Below are positions 1-9,078 of a stretch of 62,359 bases of DNA, piece by piece; positions within the stretch are counted from its first letter, which is position 1, and every line of letters begins with the position of its first letter. The position numbers and the translations under genes are program-made. The stretch is from Gammaproteobacteria bacterium (GTDB taxonomy: Bacteria > Pseudomonadota > Gammaproteobacteria > Pseudomonadales > JAHEGP01), in contig JAUXCW010000001.1 of assembly GCA_030618705.1 (NCBI GenBank), positions 1-62,359 of the forward strand, in the 5' to 3' direction. The notes below the pieces were generated by a model. The model was not told where the DNA came from. It saw nothing but the letters and a program-made list of their open reading frames with translations, and did not search any database.

Positions 1-194
1 TCAATATTTTTGCGCGACCGGATAACCGTCGCTTCCGGAAATTCAATAATCGCCGGGTCCGGGTTATCGCTAAGGGTCAAAACCCGGGATTCAACACCAT
101 AGCGCCTGGCCCCACCACATATCTGGCGAACAGCCTCCTCCAGCCCCCCCTGGGTATCGGGGAAATAGGTCCTGTACAGGTGCAGTACTTTCAA
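1..194 (-). CDS. glycosyltransferase family 4 (GT-B), N-terminal fragment; gene continues past the left edge
   Basis: Not in the ORF track (TTG start at 194 with GAGGA 7 nt upstream). Hand translation (M)KVLHLYRTYFPDTQGGLEEAVRQICGGARRYGVESRVLTL... looks like a typical GT4 N-terminus. Same strand as the glycan operon upstream of it. Confidence 0.5.
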   Translation of the reverse strand, partial: MKVLHLYRTYFPDTQGGLEEAVRQICGGARRYGVESRVLTLSDNPDPAIIEFPEATVIRSRKNI

Positions 195-319
195 TTCGTA
201 TCCTCGATATCCCAGGCAGCTAAACCCATCTGCCGAAAAACAGCGCCATAGGCATTGTATCAGCAAACGACCTGCTCAATCCGACCTGAACTCCCGTAAA
301 TATCGCGCACCCTGCCAGG

Positions 320-1666
320 CTAGGCTCGAATAAACCGTTGCTGGAACAGCTGCAGGGTATTGGCAATCGTCCAATACAACACCATCGATGAGGGGAAAGG
401 ATAAAACAGGATAAAAAATACGGCCGCCATCAGATATAGATTGCGCTTCTGGCGACGTAGCTCGGCCGCCGGGGCCCAGGCATTGCGGAAGTAAATCGTC
501 GCCACCAGGGTCACTACCGTCATGACGATGGGCAAAAGGTTAAGTGTGCTACCCAGCATCGGGATGCCAAAAGACAGGTTTGCAATGGCGTCCGGATAGG
601 CCAGGTTGTCGATCCACAGAAAACCGGCACCGTCCAACTGCGGCATTTCGCCGAGGGCATTAAAAATTGCTATGAGTATCGGGATCTGGATCAGCGAGGC
701 GAATAATGGCTTGAGGGTAAAAAACGGCGTGATGCCAAGCTCCTTGTGGGCGGCCATTATCCTGTTGTGGGCTTCCTCGCCATCGTATTTCGCCTTGACC
801 CGGGCCAATTCCGGCGCCAGCTTCGCCTGGTACTGGCTGACATCGCGTTGTAATCGCACTGTCAGGATAGAAACGGGCAACAGCAACACCCTCACCAACA
901 GCGCCAATGCCAATATCGCCGTACCCCAATTTCCCAGCGCGCCATACAATCCTGACAACGACCATTCAACCGCACGGCACAATGCCGCCAACCATCCCCA
1001 CAAGTGAGAATAGCGAATCGTGGTGAAATCCGTATCGCCGGCAATACCCTGCCCCCGTAGATCCTGCGGCAGCCCCACATACAACGCCACGGATACCAGG
1101 CTGTCCGCAGCCCAGCTTAACACCAGGGCATTCTCTCCCGACGTAACCCTTGCACCGGGAGCGGACACCACAGCAATGTGATAGCGCCCTTTCCAGCCCC
1201 ACCACTCCCCCGGAGCGAGTGCCAGTTCGTTCACGGGTTCCGCTGGATAGCTGATTTCGTTACCTTCGAGTACGCGAACCATCGCGATACTATTGTAAAA
1301 CGTCGCCAGCCCCGCAAATGGGTAATCATCGGCCACCAATTCCGACGGCATCGGTATACGTAATGCCTTTTCACCAGCCGTCTCCCTGCCCGCCGGCAAA
1401 TCCAGCACCCACTGCGCATTGCAAGATTCCGCGCCCGGGTTTGCGTCTGCCTTCAGCGGCGACAAGCCCGGCAAGGACATTTCGGCAGCACCCATACGCC
1501 ACTGCATCTGTGCCAGGAAAACATTCATCTCCCCTGCCAGCTCACAGTCATAAACGACTGTGAGCTCTCCCCTTCCGACCGACGCCTGCTCGATATCCGC
1601 CCATGGATGTGACGAAAACAGGAGCACAAACAAGCCCAGTGAAGGCCAGAGCATTCTTGTTCCCAT
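320..1666 (-). CDS. YidC/Oxa1-family membrane insertase-like protein (extra paralog inside a glycan operon)
   Basis: The C-terminal half has the 60 kDa inner-membrane insertase signature (LLPVSILTVRLQRDVSQYQAKLAPELARVKAKY...HKELGITPFFTLKPLFASLIQIPILIAIFNAL...MVLYWTIANTLQLFQQ). Start moved to the ATG at 1666 (MGTRMLWPSLGLFVLLF signal/TM, GAGG upstream), which removes the overlap with the upstream gene. Confidence 0.7.
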   Translation of the reverse strand: MGTRMLWPSLGLFVLLFSSHPWADIEQASVGRGELTVVYDCELAGEMNVFLAQMQWRMGAAEMSLPGLSPLKADANPGAESCNAQWVLDLPAGRETAGEKALRIPMPSELVADDYPFAGLATFYNSIAMVRVLEGNEISYPAEPVNELALAPGEWWGWKGRYHIAVVSAPGARVTSGENALVLSWAADSLVSVALYVGLPQDLRGQGIAGDTDFTTIRYSHLWGWLAALCRAVEWSLSGLYGALGNWGTAILALALLVRVLLLPVSILTVRLQRDVSQYQAKLAPELARVKAKYDGEEAHNRIMAAHKELGITPFFTLKPLFASLIQIPILIAIFNALGEMPQLDGAGFLWIDNLAYPDAIANLSFGIPMLGSTLNLLPIVMTVVTLVATIYFRNAWAPAAELRRQKRNLYLMAAVFFILFYPFPSSMVLYWTIANTLQLFQQRFIRA

Positions 1667-1739
1667 GGCTCGCCTCAAATACAGCTCGCCCTCACGCTTA
1701 AGTGCCCGAACCTTCATGCGCCGTAAAAGAGTATGCATC

Positions 1740-2912
1740 TCAGGCATCGGCATCCACAATTGACTTAAGCGCCCTGGCCCCCGCGGCAGCACTTGATCCC
1801 ACGTTATAAACGCACTGACTTCTTATCGCTCTTATCTTGTCACCAGACATCTCATGCAGCAATTCAGCCACTCTTTCTGGTAATGCGGAGAGACTATCGG
1901 GTGACAGGACCGCGCCGACCTGCTCCCTTATGCCGACTTCAAAGGGCTCTATGTCAATTTCAGCATACCGCTCGTTATTGACTTTCCTGGGGACATCGAT
2001 AAACAGAACAGGCTTCTCCAGGCCAAATGCGTAGTCCAGAGCCGCCCCCGACCAGTCACAGATCATCAGGTCGGATCGATGCAGGGAATCTTCGCTGGCG
2101 ACATCTACCTCCAGGGTAAAAGCGGCATTGGTACTGAATTTTTTCTCCACGGCATCGATCACTTTGCCACAGAATTTGACTGTTTGCGGATGCGGCCGGA
2201 AGGTTACAACATATCCCGCATCGAGCAGGACGGACAACACTTCTTCGATAACCGTATTGGAAATGGAATGATCACCCCAGGACGGCGCAACCAGAATATG
2301 AGGCTTTGTACTGGCTGACATCGAGTCACGAGAAAGGCTGTTTGACATGATGGAGTCGAGCCTGCCATAGCCGTGTTCCACCAGGTTTTTTTTCGGCAAC
2401 TGGTAGCGCTCTTCCATCGCTCTCGCTTCGCGCAGGTGATAGGGCCCGGCACAAAAAAGCGAGTCAAAATCATCGAAGGCGCCACTGCGATAGACCATAT
2501 GCAGACTCACCAGGCTATGTTGCACATAGACATAGTGCAGCGGATGTTTCGAGCGTTTGACCTGGTACTGGTTCAGGTCCGGCATGGTCATTACCATCAC
2601 ACGGGCATCCATGTTTTCGAACAACCAGTTCCGAATACCGCCCTCATCGGTGTGAAAGTGTTTCAACTTTGGGTGTCGCAACTCCAGACCCGGGTCATTA
2701 CGGTCCGACGTGATATAACATACCGACTTATCGGCAATTTCCAGATAGGCCCGTAGAATGCCTTCCAGGTGAACCCAGTAGGTTTTTCCCTCGGAATAAA
2801 ACACTACCTCGCGCTGCTCCGCCGGCAATTGCGAAAAGCCGGCCATATCGAAAATACAGCGAAGAAATGATGGTTTTTTCGGCCCTGGACGGCGGCTTCT
2901 GTTTGATAGCAT
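1740..2912 (-). CDS. CDP-glycerol glycerophosphotransferase (TagB/TagF) family protein
   Basis: Family-like motifs ILVAPSWG, RPHPQ and LMICDWSGAALDYAFGLEKPVLFID. Sits in the polysaccharide operon. Start uncertain (alternative Met at residue 23). Confidence 0.55.
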   Translation of the reverse strand: MLSNRSRRPGPKKPSFLRCIFDMAGFSQLPAEQREVVFYSEGKTYWVHLEGILRAYLEIADKSVCYITSDRNDPGLELRHPKLKHFHTDEGGIRNWLFENMDARVMVMTMPDLNQYQVKRSKHPLHYVYVQHSLVSLHMVYRSGAFDDFDSLFCAGPYHLREARAMEERYQLPKKNLVEHGYGRLDSIMSNSLSRDSMSASTKPHILVAPSWGDHSISNTVIEEVLSVLLDAGYVVTFRPHPQTVKFCGKVIDAVEKKFSTNAAFTLEVDVASEDSLHRSDLMICDWSGAALDYAFGLEKPVLFIDVPRKVNNERYAEIDIEPFEVGIREQVGAVLSPDSLSALPERVAELLHEMSGDKIRAIRSQCVYNVGSSAAAGARALKSIVDADA

Positions 2913-2942
2913 TACAAGTGGGAACCCGGTGCTTCGTACGAA

Positions 2943-3605
2943 CTACAGTTTTCTGGCGATAATCCGGCTGACGAAGGGATCTTCATTTTTATACTTGGCC
3001 ATACCCTGCCCCGTCCGGCAGTATTCGACGGCGAAGCCGTGTTTATCGACCAGGTCGCTGGACAAGCTATCGGTATCGACAAAACGTCGGTAGTGATTAC
3101 CGAATATTTTTTCGGTGCCAGCATCCTCGCTACAGCGGTATTCGAAATACAAGTAATCCCCTACTTCCATATGAACGGCCAATGCCGATAGAAACAGGGC
3201 TTCCTGCTCATCATCGAGGGAGTGCAAAACGAAGCGTGAATAGACGACCAGGGATTGACTGTCTGCATGCCCTCTCTCGCGCCCGACGGCAAGCACCCCG
3301 GCTACATCCTTTTCAACGGATACATCTCCGACTGAAAAAACGGCGTGCTCTATGTCGCGTTTTTCCATGGTGGATCGGCTTTTCTCGACGGCTTCCCGCG
3401 ACAGGTCCATGGCTACGACCATATGGCCCTGGTAGGCAATATAGTGTGAATCGCGACCATTGCCGCTTCCGAACTCTACGATGGTGTGTTTGGGGTTGAC
3501 TTCGGTCAGCATCTGCACACAGAACTGGGAGGGGATATCGATGACCCATTTACTGTAGAAGTCGTTCCAGTAATTCTGTTCGAGCGAAATATTCTTAGCA
3601 CTCAC
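2943..3605 (-). CDS. class I SAM-dependent methyltransferase
   Basis: Motif I VEFGSGNGRDS, then the acidic loop VVAMDLS. GTG start overlaps the upstream stop (GTGA). Confidence 0.7.
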   Translation of the reverse strand: MSAKNISLEQNYWNDFYSKWVIDIPSQFCVQMLTEVNPKHTIVEFGSGNGRDSHYIAYQGHMVVAMDLSREAVEKSRSTMEKRDIEHAVFSVGDVSVEKDVAGVLAVGRERGHADSQSLVVYSRFVLHSLDDEQEALFLSALAVHMEVGDYLYFEYRCSEDAGTEKIFGNHYRRFVDTDSLSSDLVDKHGFAVEYCRTGQGMAKYKNEDPFVSRIIARKL

Positions 3606-3898
3606 CCGGCATTCCCCTTGTTATCGGTATCCGCCGAATCGTCACTATCAACCACCTTGTCTGCCCGGGATGCGTCAATATCACCTTCTGTTAACACATC
3701 GCTCGAGTTGGCCTTCCCGCCGCCAAAAAACGCCTTTATCTTGTACCAATAGGTTTTAACAGCCATGGCAACCGCTACGAAAAAACCGATGACTGCCGAC
3801 ATAATCGCACTACCTGAGCCCGGATCGATATAGGCCGCGGCCGGCATCGAGACCACGCTTGTAATCAACAACAGTAGCCCTGAAACTGTAATTTTCAT
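3602..3898 (-). CDS. small membrane protein (signal/TM, second TM, acidic tail)
   Basis: MKITVSGLLLLITSVVSMPAAAYIDPGSGS..., GGAGAA SD upstream, translationally coupled to the methyltransferase. Confidence 0.5.
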   Translation of the reverse strand: MKITVSGLLLLITSVVSMPAAAYIDPGSGSAIMSAVIGFFVAVAMAVKTYWYKIKAFFGGGKANSSDVLTEGDIDASRADKVVDSDDSADTDNKGNAG

Positions 3899-3998
3899 CT
3901 TTCTCCACCACGTCCTGTAACGATCGTCACTGATTCAACGATCGCGTAGTTTGTCATATATCCTGTTCAGTGAAAAGGATACCCACGGCAGGCCACAA

Positions 3999-4880
3999 TC
4001 ACGCCCCATGCAACATGGCTTGCAATGTGTCGCTAAGGGAATACTTTGCCGTCACCCCGGTCAGTGAAAGATACTTGCCATTATCGCCTCCCAACACCTT
4101 GATTTCGTTGTCACGAACAAAAGCGGGGTTTACGCGCACTTCGATCTCGTAGCCTGCAAGCTTATTCATCATCCCGATGATATCGCCCAGGCCGTATATC
4201 TTACCGGAACACAGATTAACCACCTCGGATACTGCGTCGGACTCGTATAAGGCCACATAGGCGTTGGCGATATCCCTCACATCGGAAAAATCCCGCGCCA
4301 CGTCGAGATTACCCAGTTCGATCACCGCCTCGCCACGCCGGAAATGGCTGACGATTTTGGCAATGAGAAATCGATCCTGCTGGCCCGGCCCGGTATAGTT
4401 AAAAGGCCTGGTAATCAGTACAGGTGTGCGGTCCCAACGCGCCTTGACCATATACTCCATGGCCAGCTTGCTCATAGCATAGTGATTGACAGGGTTCGGC
4501 GGCCCCGTTTCTGCGATACACTCCGCGGCAACAGGCCCATACACATTGGCACTGCTGGCAATGACCACTTTTCTCAAGGGCGTGCCTTTTTCCTCCAGCG
4601 CATCCAGCAGGTTGAGCGTACCAAACAGGTTGATATCGTAAAACTCCCGTTCATCGGCATGACCAACAAAAGACTGGGCCGCAAGATGAATCACACCCTG
4701 CGGATTCAGCTGCGCCACCAATTGTTGCACAGCGGCACTATCGGCGAGATCGCAAGCCCATTCGTTCACACCCGGATTCGATCGTACCAGACCGACGACA
4801 TCATAACCCTGTGCCGTTAGACTCTCGCAGACATATCGACCGGTAAAGCCGTTACTGCCGGTAACCAATATCCTTTGCAT
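3999..4880 (-). CDS. rmd: NAD-dependent epimerase/dehydratase, probable GDP-4-keto-6-deoxy-D-mannose reductase (Rmd-like)
   Basis: Rossmann motif VTGSNGFTGRY and the extended-SDR YAMSK catalytic motif. Lies immediately downstream of gmd, as in GDP-D-rhamnose loci. A Fcl-type alternative cannot be excluded without a search. Confidence 0.6.
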   Translation of the reverse strand: MQRILVTGSNGFTGRYVCESLTAQGYDVVGLVRSNPGVNEWACDLADSAAVQQLVAQLNPQGVIHLAAQSFVGHADEREFYDINLFGTLNLLDALEEKGTPLRKVVIASSANVYGPVAAECIAETGPPNPVNHYAMSKLAMEYMVKARWDRTPVLITRPFNYTGPGQQDRFLIAKIVSHFRRGEAVIELGNLDVARDFSDVRDIANAYVALYESDAVSEVVNLCSGKIYGLGDIIGMMNKLAGYEIEVRVNPAFVRDNEIKVLGGDNGKYLSLTGVTAKYSLSDTLQAMLHGA

Positions 4881-4888
4881 GCTGTGCC

Positions 4889-5932
4889 TCAGAAAGAATA
4901 GCCCTGTTCATTGCGGTGCAGGTCGGCCTGCACCATCATCTCACACAGTCGTTCCAGCGTGGTAGCGGGTACCCAGCCCAAATCCCTCTTCGCCTTGGCC
5001 GGATCGCCGATCAACAATTCGACCTCGGCCGGACGGTAGAACCGTGGATTCACCTGCACGATGGTTTTTCCGCTGGCCCGATCAATCCCTGTTTCCTGCT
5101 CTCCCTCGCCGCGCCATTCAATATCAATATCTGCAGCCTTGCACGACATGGTAACGAAGTCCCTAACGGATTCTGTACGGTTGGTTGCCAGCACATAGGT
5201 GTCCGGCTTGTCAGCCTGCAACATGAGATACATGCCCTCGACATAGTCTTTAGCGTAACCCCAGTCACGCTTGGCATCGAGATTGCCCATCTCCAGCACG
5301 TCGAGCTTGCCCAGTGCAATTTTGGCGATAGAGTCAGTCACCTTGCGAGTGACGAATTCGCGGCCACGCAAAGGGGATTCGTGATTGAACAATATGCCGC
5401 TCACTGCAAAAATATCATAGGACTCCCGGTAGTTGACCGTCATCCAATGGGCATAGAGCTTGGCCACGCCATAGGGGCTACGCGGATAAAACGGCGTACT
5501 CTCGTCCTGCGGAACCGCCTGTACCTTGCCGAACATCTCCGAGGTCGATGCCTGGTAGAAGCGAATGGCGGGATTGACCAGGCGTACCGCCTCCAACAGG
5601 TTGACCGGGCCGATGCCCGTGATTTCCGCCGTGGTAATCGGCTGATCGAAGGACACCCCGACAAAGCTCTGGGCGGCCAGGTTGTAGACTTCAGTCGCCC
5701 CGGTCGATTCAAGCAGGCGGACGCTGGTGCTCAAATCAGTCAGGTCGTATTCTACCAGGTGGAGGTTCGGGTGCTGTGCCACACCAACATACTCGAGACG
5801 CCAGAAATTGACCGAACTGGTACGGCGATAGGTACCATACACGGTATAGCCCCTGGCCAGCAGCAGTTCGACCAGATACGCGCCATCCTGACCGGTGACA
5901 CCGGTGACGATTGCTACCTTTGACTCACTCAC
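4889..5932 (-). CDS. gmd: GDP-mannose 4,6-dehydratase
   Basis: [35 protein letters not shown]...[11 protein letters not shown]...[12 protein letters not shown] are canonical Gmd motifs. Confidence 0.95.
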   Translation of the reverse strand: MSESKVAIVTGVTGQDGAYLVELLLARGYTVYGTYRRTSSVNFWRLEYVGVAQHPNLHLVEYDLTDLSTSVRLLESTGATEVYNLAAQSFVGVSFDQPITTAEITGIGPVNLLEAVRLVNPAIRFYQASTSEMFGKVQAVPQDESTPFYPRSPYGVAKLYAHWMTVNYRESYDIFAVSGILFNHESPLRGREFVTRKVTDSIAKIALGKLDVLEMGNLDAKRDWGYAKDYVEGMYLMLQADKPDTYVLATNRTESVRDFVTMSCKAADIDIEWRGEGEQETGIDRASGKTIVQVNPRFYRPAEVELLIGDPAKAKRDLGWVPATTLERLCEMMVQADLHRNEQGYSF

Positions 5933-5964
5933 TCACTATTCCTCTATCATAATCTGCAGATGTA

Positions 5965-8568
5965 TTATGGCAGGATCGACGTTTCGGGCTGCCAACTCGT
6001 ATACCAATCTCCTTCGTTCAGCACCAGGGCCTTTAACTGCCGGGCGCTTTCCTTCCAGCTCAGCCAGTTGATGCCGGCGGAGGAGACCACTTCACCGCTC
6101 TCGTGCAATTCGAGCCAGTGTTGCAGACTCGCGGCGAGATCCTGCGGCGCATCGCCGGAAAAGTACATAGCGTGATCGCCGGCCACTTCCTGGAACACCG
6201 GCAAGTCCCGGGCCAGAATCGGCAGGCCGTGCCGTGCCGCTTCGATCAACGGCAAGCCAAAGCCCTCACCGCTTGACGCGGCCAGCAACACAGAGCTGGC
6301 GTCATAAACCTGCTGCAACATCTCATCACTGATACCCTGCAGCCAAAACAGCTGTTTCTCATTCTGCGGGTGGCTGTTGAGCCGTTTTTCAAATTGCTCC
6401 ATGTGCCAGCCGGATTTACCGACCAGCACCAGGTTCGCCTCAATTCCCTCTTGCCACAACAGCTCCATGGCCCGCAATGCCTGCTGCTGCCCTTTGCGCG
6501 GTTCGATAGTGCCTACCATCAATAAGCTGGGGCGCTCACGCAATTGCCGCAGCAACCGCTCGGCATTATCCGGCAGGCCGGTCGAGGGCAGGCTGGACTC
6601 GATATCGGCGCCCAGGTGGAAATAGCCCAGCTTGAGCACGGATTGCCGCCGCGGCGGGTTGGCCGCCAACCACGCCAGCACCTCGTCCGCCACGGACCTG
6701 GAGATACAGATCAGGCCATCCGACTCACCGGCGGCGTAGCCCAGCCAGAAGGGAAAGCGCTCCCTGAGGCCGATATGAAAGGAGCTTCCCTGCAGGATCG
6801 GCAGCAGATCGTACACGATATAGTAGATTCCGAGGCCACGCTGGCGTTGGTAGCGCAGAAAACTATTGCGCACCTCGTGCACTACCCCTTCGAGATCGAG
6901 ATCCAGCCCCAGGTAGATATCGCCGGCGACGATGTCGATCACTTCGTCACGTTCATCCCGCTGCAGTAAATCGGGCGCCTCGGGGCGATAATCAAGCTCC
7001 CTGAATCCCACTCCCTGTTCGAAGTAAACGGGTCGTACCAGCACACCCTGTATCGGCGTACAACCCAGCTCGTTCAGCAGACTGCGAACCACCCGCTGGA
7101 TGCCGGTTTTGGCATCGATATCAATCAGCACTGAAACATCCAGGTACAGTTTGCGCTGTGCCCGCCAGTGCTGGTTTTCGGCTATAGCCTGGGCACAGTA
7201 GACCAGATCCTGTCGCCCCGGTCGGCCGGCGTCGGCGCCCAGTTGCACCAAGCCGTTCGACAAGCCAGGGGCGAGACTCGCCCTTTGCCCGGCGGGCGGG
7301 CCGGATGAATGACTGCTTTTCGACCGTGATCGCGGACCGGTCTGCGCATACCGCTGTTCAAAGGCGGCAACCGCCATTTCTCCGCTCCGGTCCCAACTAA
7401 AGCGGCTAGACTGCACCACCGATGAATCGAGAATCGCCTGGCGCAATGCCTGGTCAGTTAAAGCACGCTCCATGGTCCGGGCCATATCCTCGCTGTTAGC
7501 GGGGTCGAACAGCGCCGACGGGTTCGCAATGACTTCCGGAATACTACTGCAGTCGGAGCCGATGACCACGGCGCCACAACGCATGGCCTCCAGGGCCGGC
7601 AAGCCAAAACCCTCCTCCAGCGAGGGAAACACGAACAGCTCACAGCCGCTGTACAGCAGCACGAGATCGTCGTCGCTAACGCGATCGGTAAACACCAACT
7701 GCCCGGGATCGATGCCCAGTCGCGCCGACTCCACCTGCATATCGTGCTGGTCATAGGCATTGTAGCGCCCCACCAGCACTAACTGGTATTGCGCCCTGAG
7801 TGCAGGGGATAGAAGCGCATAGGCTTGCAGCAAACCAGCGAAATTCTTACGCGGATCATCCCTGCTTATCACGCCGGTATACATGATAAACGGCCGGCGA
7901 ATGCCGAACTGGCGCAAGCGCTCTGCATGGGTGGGCAGGGAGGCATCCAGCGGCCGAAACAGGGGATCGGCGTCAGCCGATACCGAGGTAATACGATCGT
8001 CGGGCAAGCCCAGCAACTCAATGGCCGCGGCTCGCGTATGATCGGAGTTGGAGAGCAGCAGGCCGCAGCGTTGCAGGGATTGTAACTGCTCCGAATACCA
8101 TGCCTGCTGCTCCGGGGTCGGCAAATAGTGTTCAGGCCTTGCATAGGGAATCAGGTCATGAAGAGTTGCCGAGTATATAAAATCGCACGGCAGGCAGCCG
8201 CAAGAAACGACACTGTCGTCGCCCCAACCCTCAAATATGCTGAAGGTATGCACCAGGTCCGCACCCAGCGAAGCCAGGAAGGACTCGCGAATGAGTTGGC
8301 CGGCGCGATTGCGCCAGCCATTGGCCGGGTCGCGACTCATCGCCCTGGGCAATGTGCGATAAACCCGAATTTTCTCCTCCGCCAGCAATTTGCCGAAGGT
8401 CTCCCTCAGGGGCTCTATGGTATCGGGGAATACATGATTGAGGGTAACAGTGACATCGTGTGACCCGCGATTGCGAATGATCGCCTGCGCCAGGGACAGA
8501 CTATATCGGCCAATCCCTCGGTGCCGGGATTCAGATTGCGCCGCCTGCAAATCCAGTACGATTTTCAT
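5965..8568 (-). CDS. two-domain glycosyltransferase (tandem GT4/GT-B modules), polymerase-like mannosyl/rhamnosyl transferase
   Basis: The E-x7-E type motif occurs twice (EEGFGLPALEAMRCGAVVIGS and GEGFGLPLIEAARHGLPILARD). At 867 aa it resembles WbdA/WbpX-type enzymes. Confidence 0.8.
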   Translation of the reverse strand: MKIVLDLQAAQSESRHRGIGRYSLSLAQAIIRNRGSHDVTVTLNHVFPDTIEPLRETFGKLLAEEKIRVYRTLPRAMSRDPANGWRNRAGQLIRESFLASLGADLVHTFSIFEGWGDDSVVSCGCLPCDFIYSATLHDLIPYARPEHYLPTPEQQAWYSEQLQSLQRCGLLLSNSDHTRAAAIELLGLPDDRITSVSADADPLFRPLDASLPTHAERLRQFGIRRPFIMYTGVISRDDPRKNFAGLLQAYALLSPALRAQYQLVLVGRYNAYDQHDMQVESARLGIDPGQLVFTDRVSDDDLVLLYSGCELFVFPSLEEGFGLPALEAMRCGAVVIGSDCSSIPEVIANPSALFDPANSEDMARTMERALTDQALRQAILDSSVVQSSRFSWDRSGEMAVAAFEQRYAQTGPRSRSKSSHSSGPPAGQRASLAPGLSNGLVQLGADAGRPGRQDLVYCAQAIAENQHWRAQRKLYLDVSVLIDIDAKTGIQRVVRSLLNELGCTPIQGVLVRPVYFEQGVGFRELDYRPEAPDLLQRDERDEVIDIVAGDIYLGLDLDLEGVVHEVRNSFLRYQRQRGLGIYYIVYDLLPILQGSSFHIGLRERFPFWLGYAAGESDGLICISRSVADEVLAWLAANPPRRQSVLKLGYFHLGADIESSLPSTGLPDNAERLLRQLRERPSLLMVGTIEPRKGQQQALRAMELLWQEGIEANLVLVGKSGWHMEQFEKRLNSHPQNEKQLFWLQGISDEMLQQVYDASSVLLAASSGEGFGLPLIEAARHGLPILARDLPVFQEVAGDHAMYFSGDAPQDLAASLQHWLELHESGEVVSSAGINWLSWKESARQLKALVLNEGDWYTSWQPETSILP

Positions 8569-9065
8569 GGCGACGATTTATCCGGGAGTTGGTCGACCAA
8601 CTCGCTATAGATAAAACGAGCGGAGGGTGGCAACTTTTCCAGCGTCATCTGCTCCGCATAGTCGACATCCGGGGCCGACCAGTCCGCGACCAGGGATGGC
8701 ATGACCACACGACGCAAGGCCTCTTTCACCGAGGGAAAACGATCCAGGCCAGCCAGTATAGTGGTGCGAGTACGCGGGTAGCGCGTCGCAACCACGGCCC
8801 CCCGGGAAGCCAGCGCGGCGAGGAGCTTGCGCGGCCGGACCAGGTAGGCGGCGGAGGTGGCGACTGCGCGCAAGGGTGCCGTCAAGCGCCAGGAACTACT
8901 GGCGTAGATGTGTCCGAGCAGGGCCTGTCGTTCGGCAAGTTCCTGTTCCAGCTGTTCGATTTTGCCGAACGCCGTGAATAGCTCCCACTTCAGCTGCTCC
9001 CGCTCGCGCTGCGCGGCTTCCTGTAGGTTCGATTGGTTCCCTGCGGGCACCTGCTCCTGCTTCAT
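8565..9065 (-). CDS. hypothetical coiled-coil protein of the glycan operon
   Basis: N-terminal heptad-rich segment (EREQLKWELFTAFGKIEQLEQELAERQALL) followed by SSSWRLTAPLR. ATGA overlap with the downstream GT. Confidence 0.5.
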   Translation of the reverse strand: MKQEQVPAGNQSNLQEAAQREREQLKWELFTAFGKIEQLEQELAERQALLGHIYASSSWRLTAPLRAVATSAAYLVRPRKLLAALASRGAVVATRYPRTRTTILAGLDRFPSVKEALRRVVMPSLVADWSAPDVDYAEQMTLEKLPPSARFIYSELVDQLPDKSSP

Positions 9066-9078
9066 GGTTTACCGCGGC

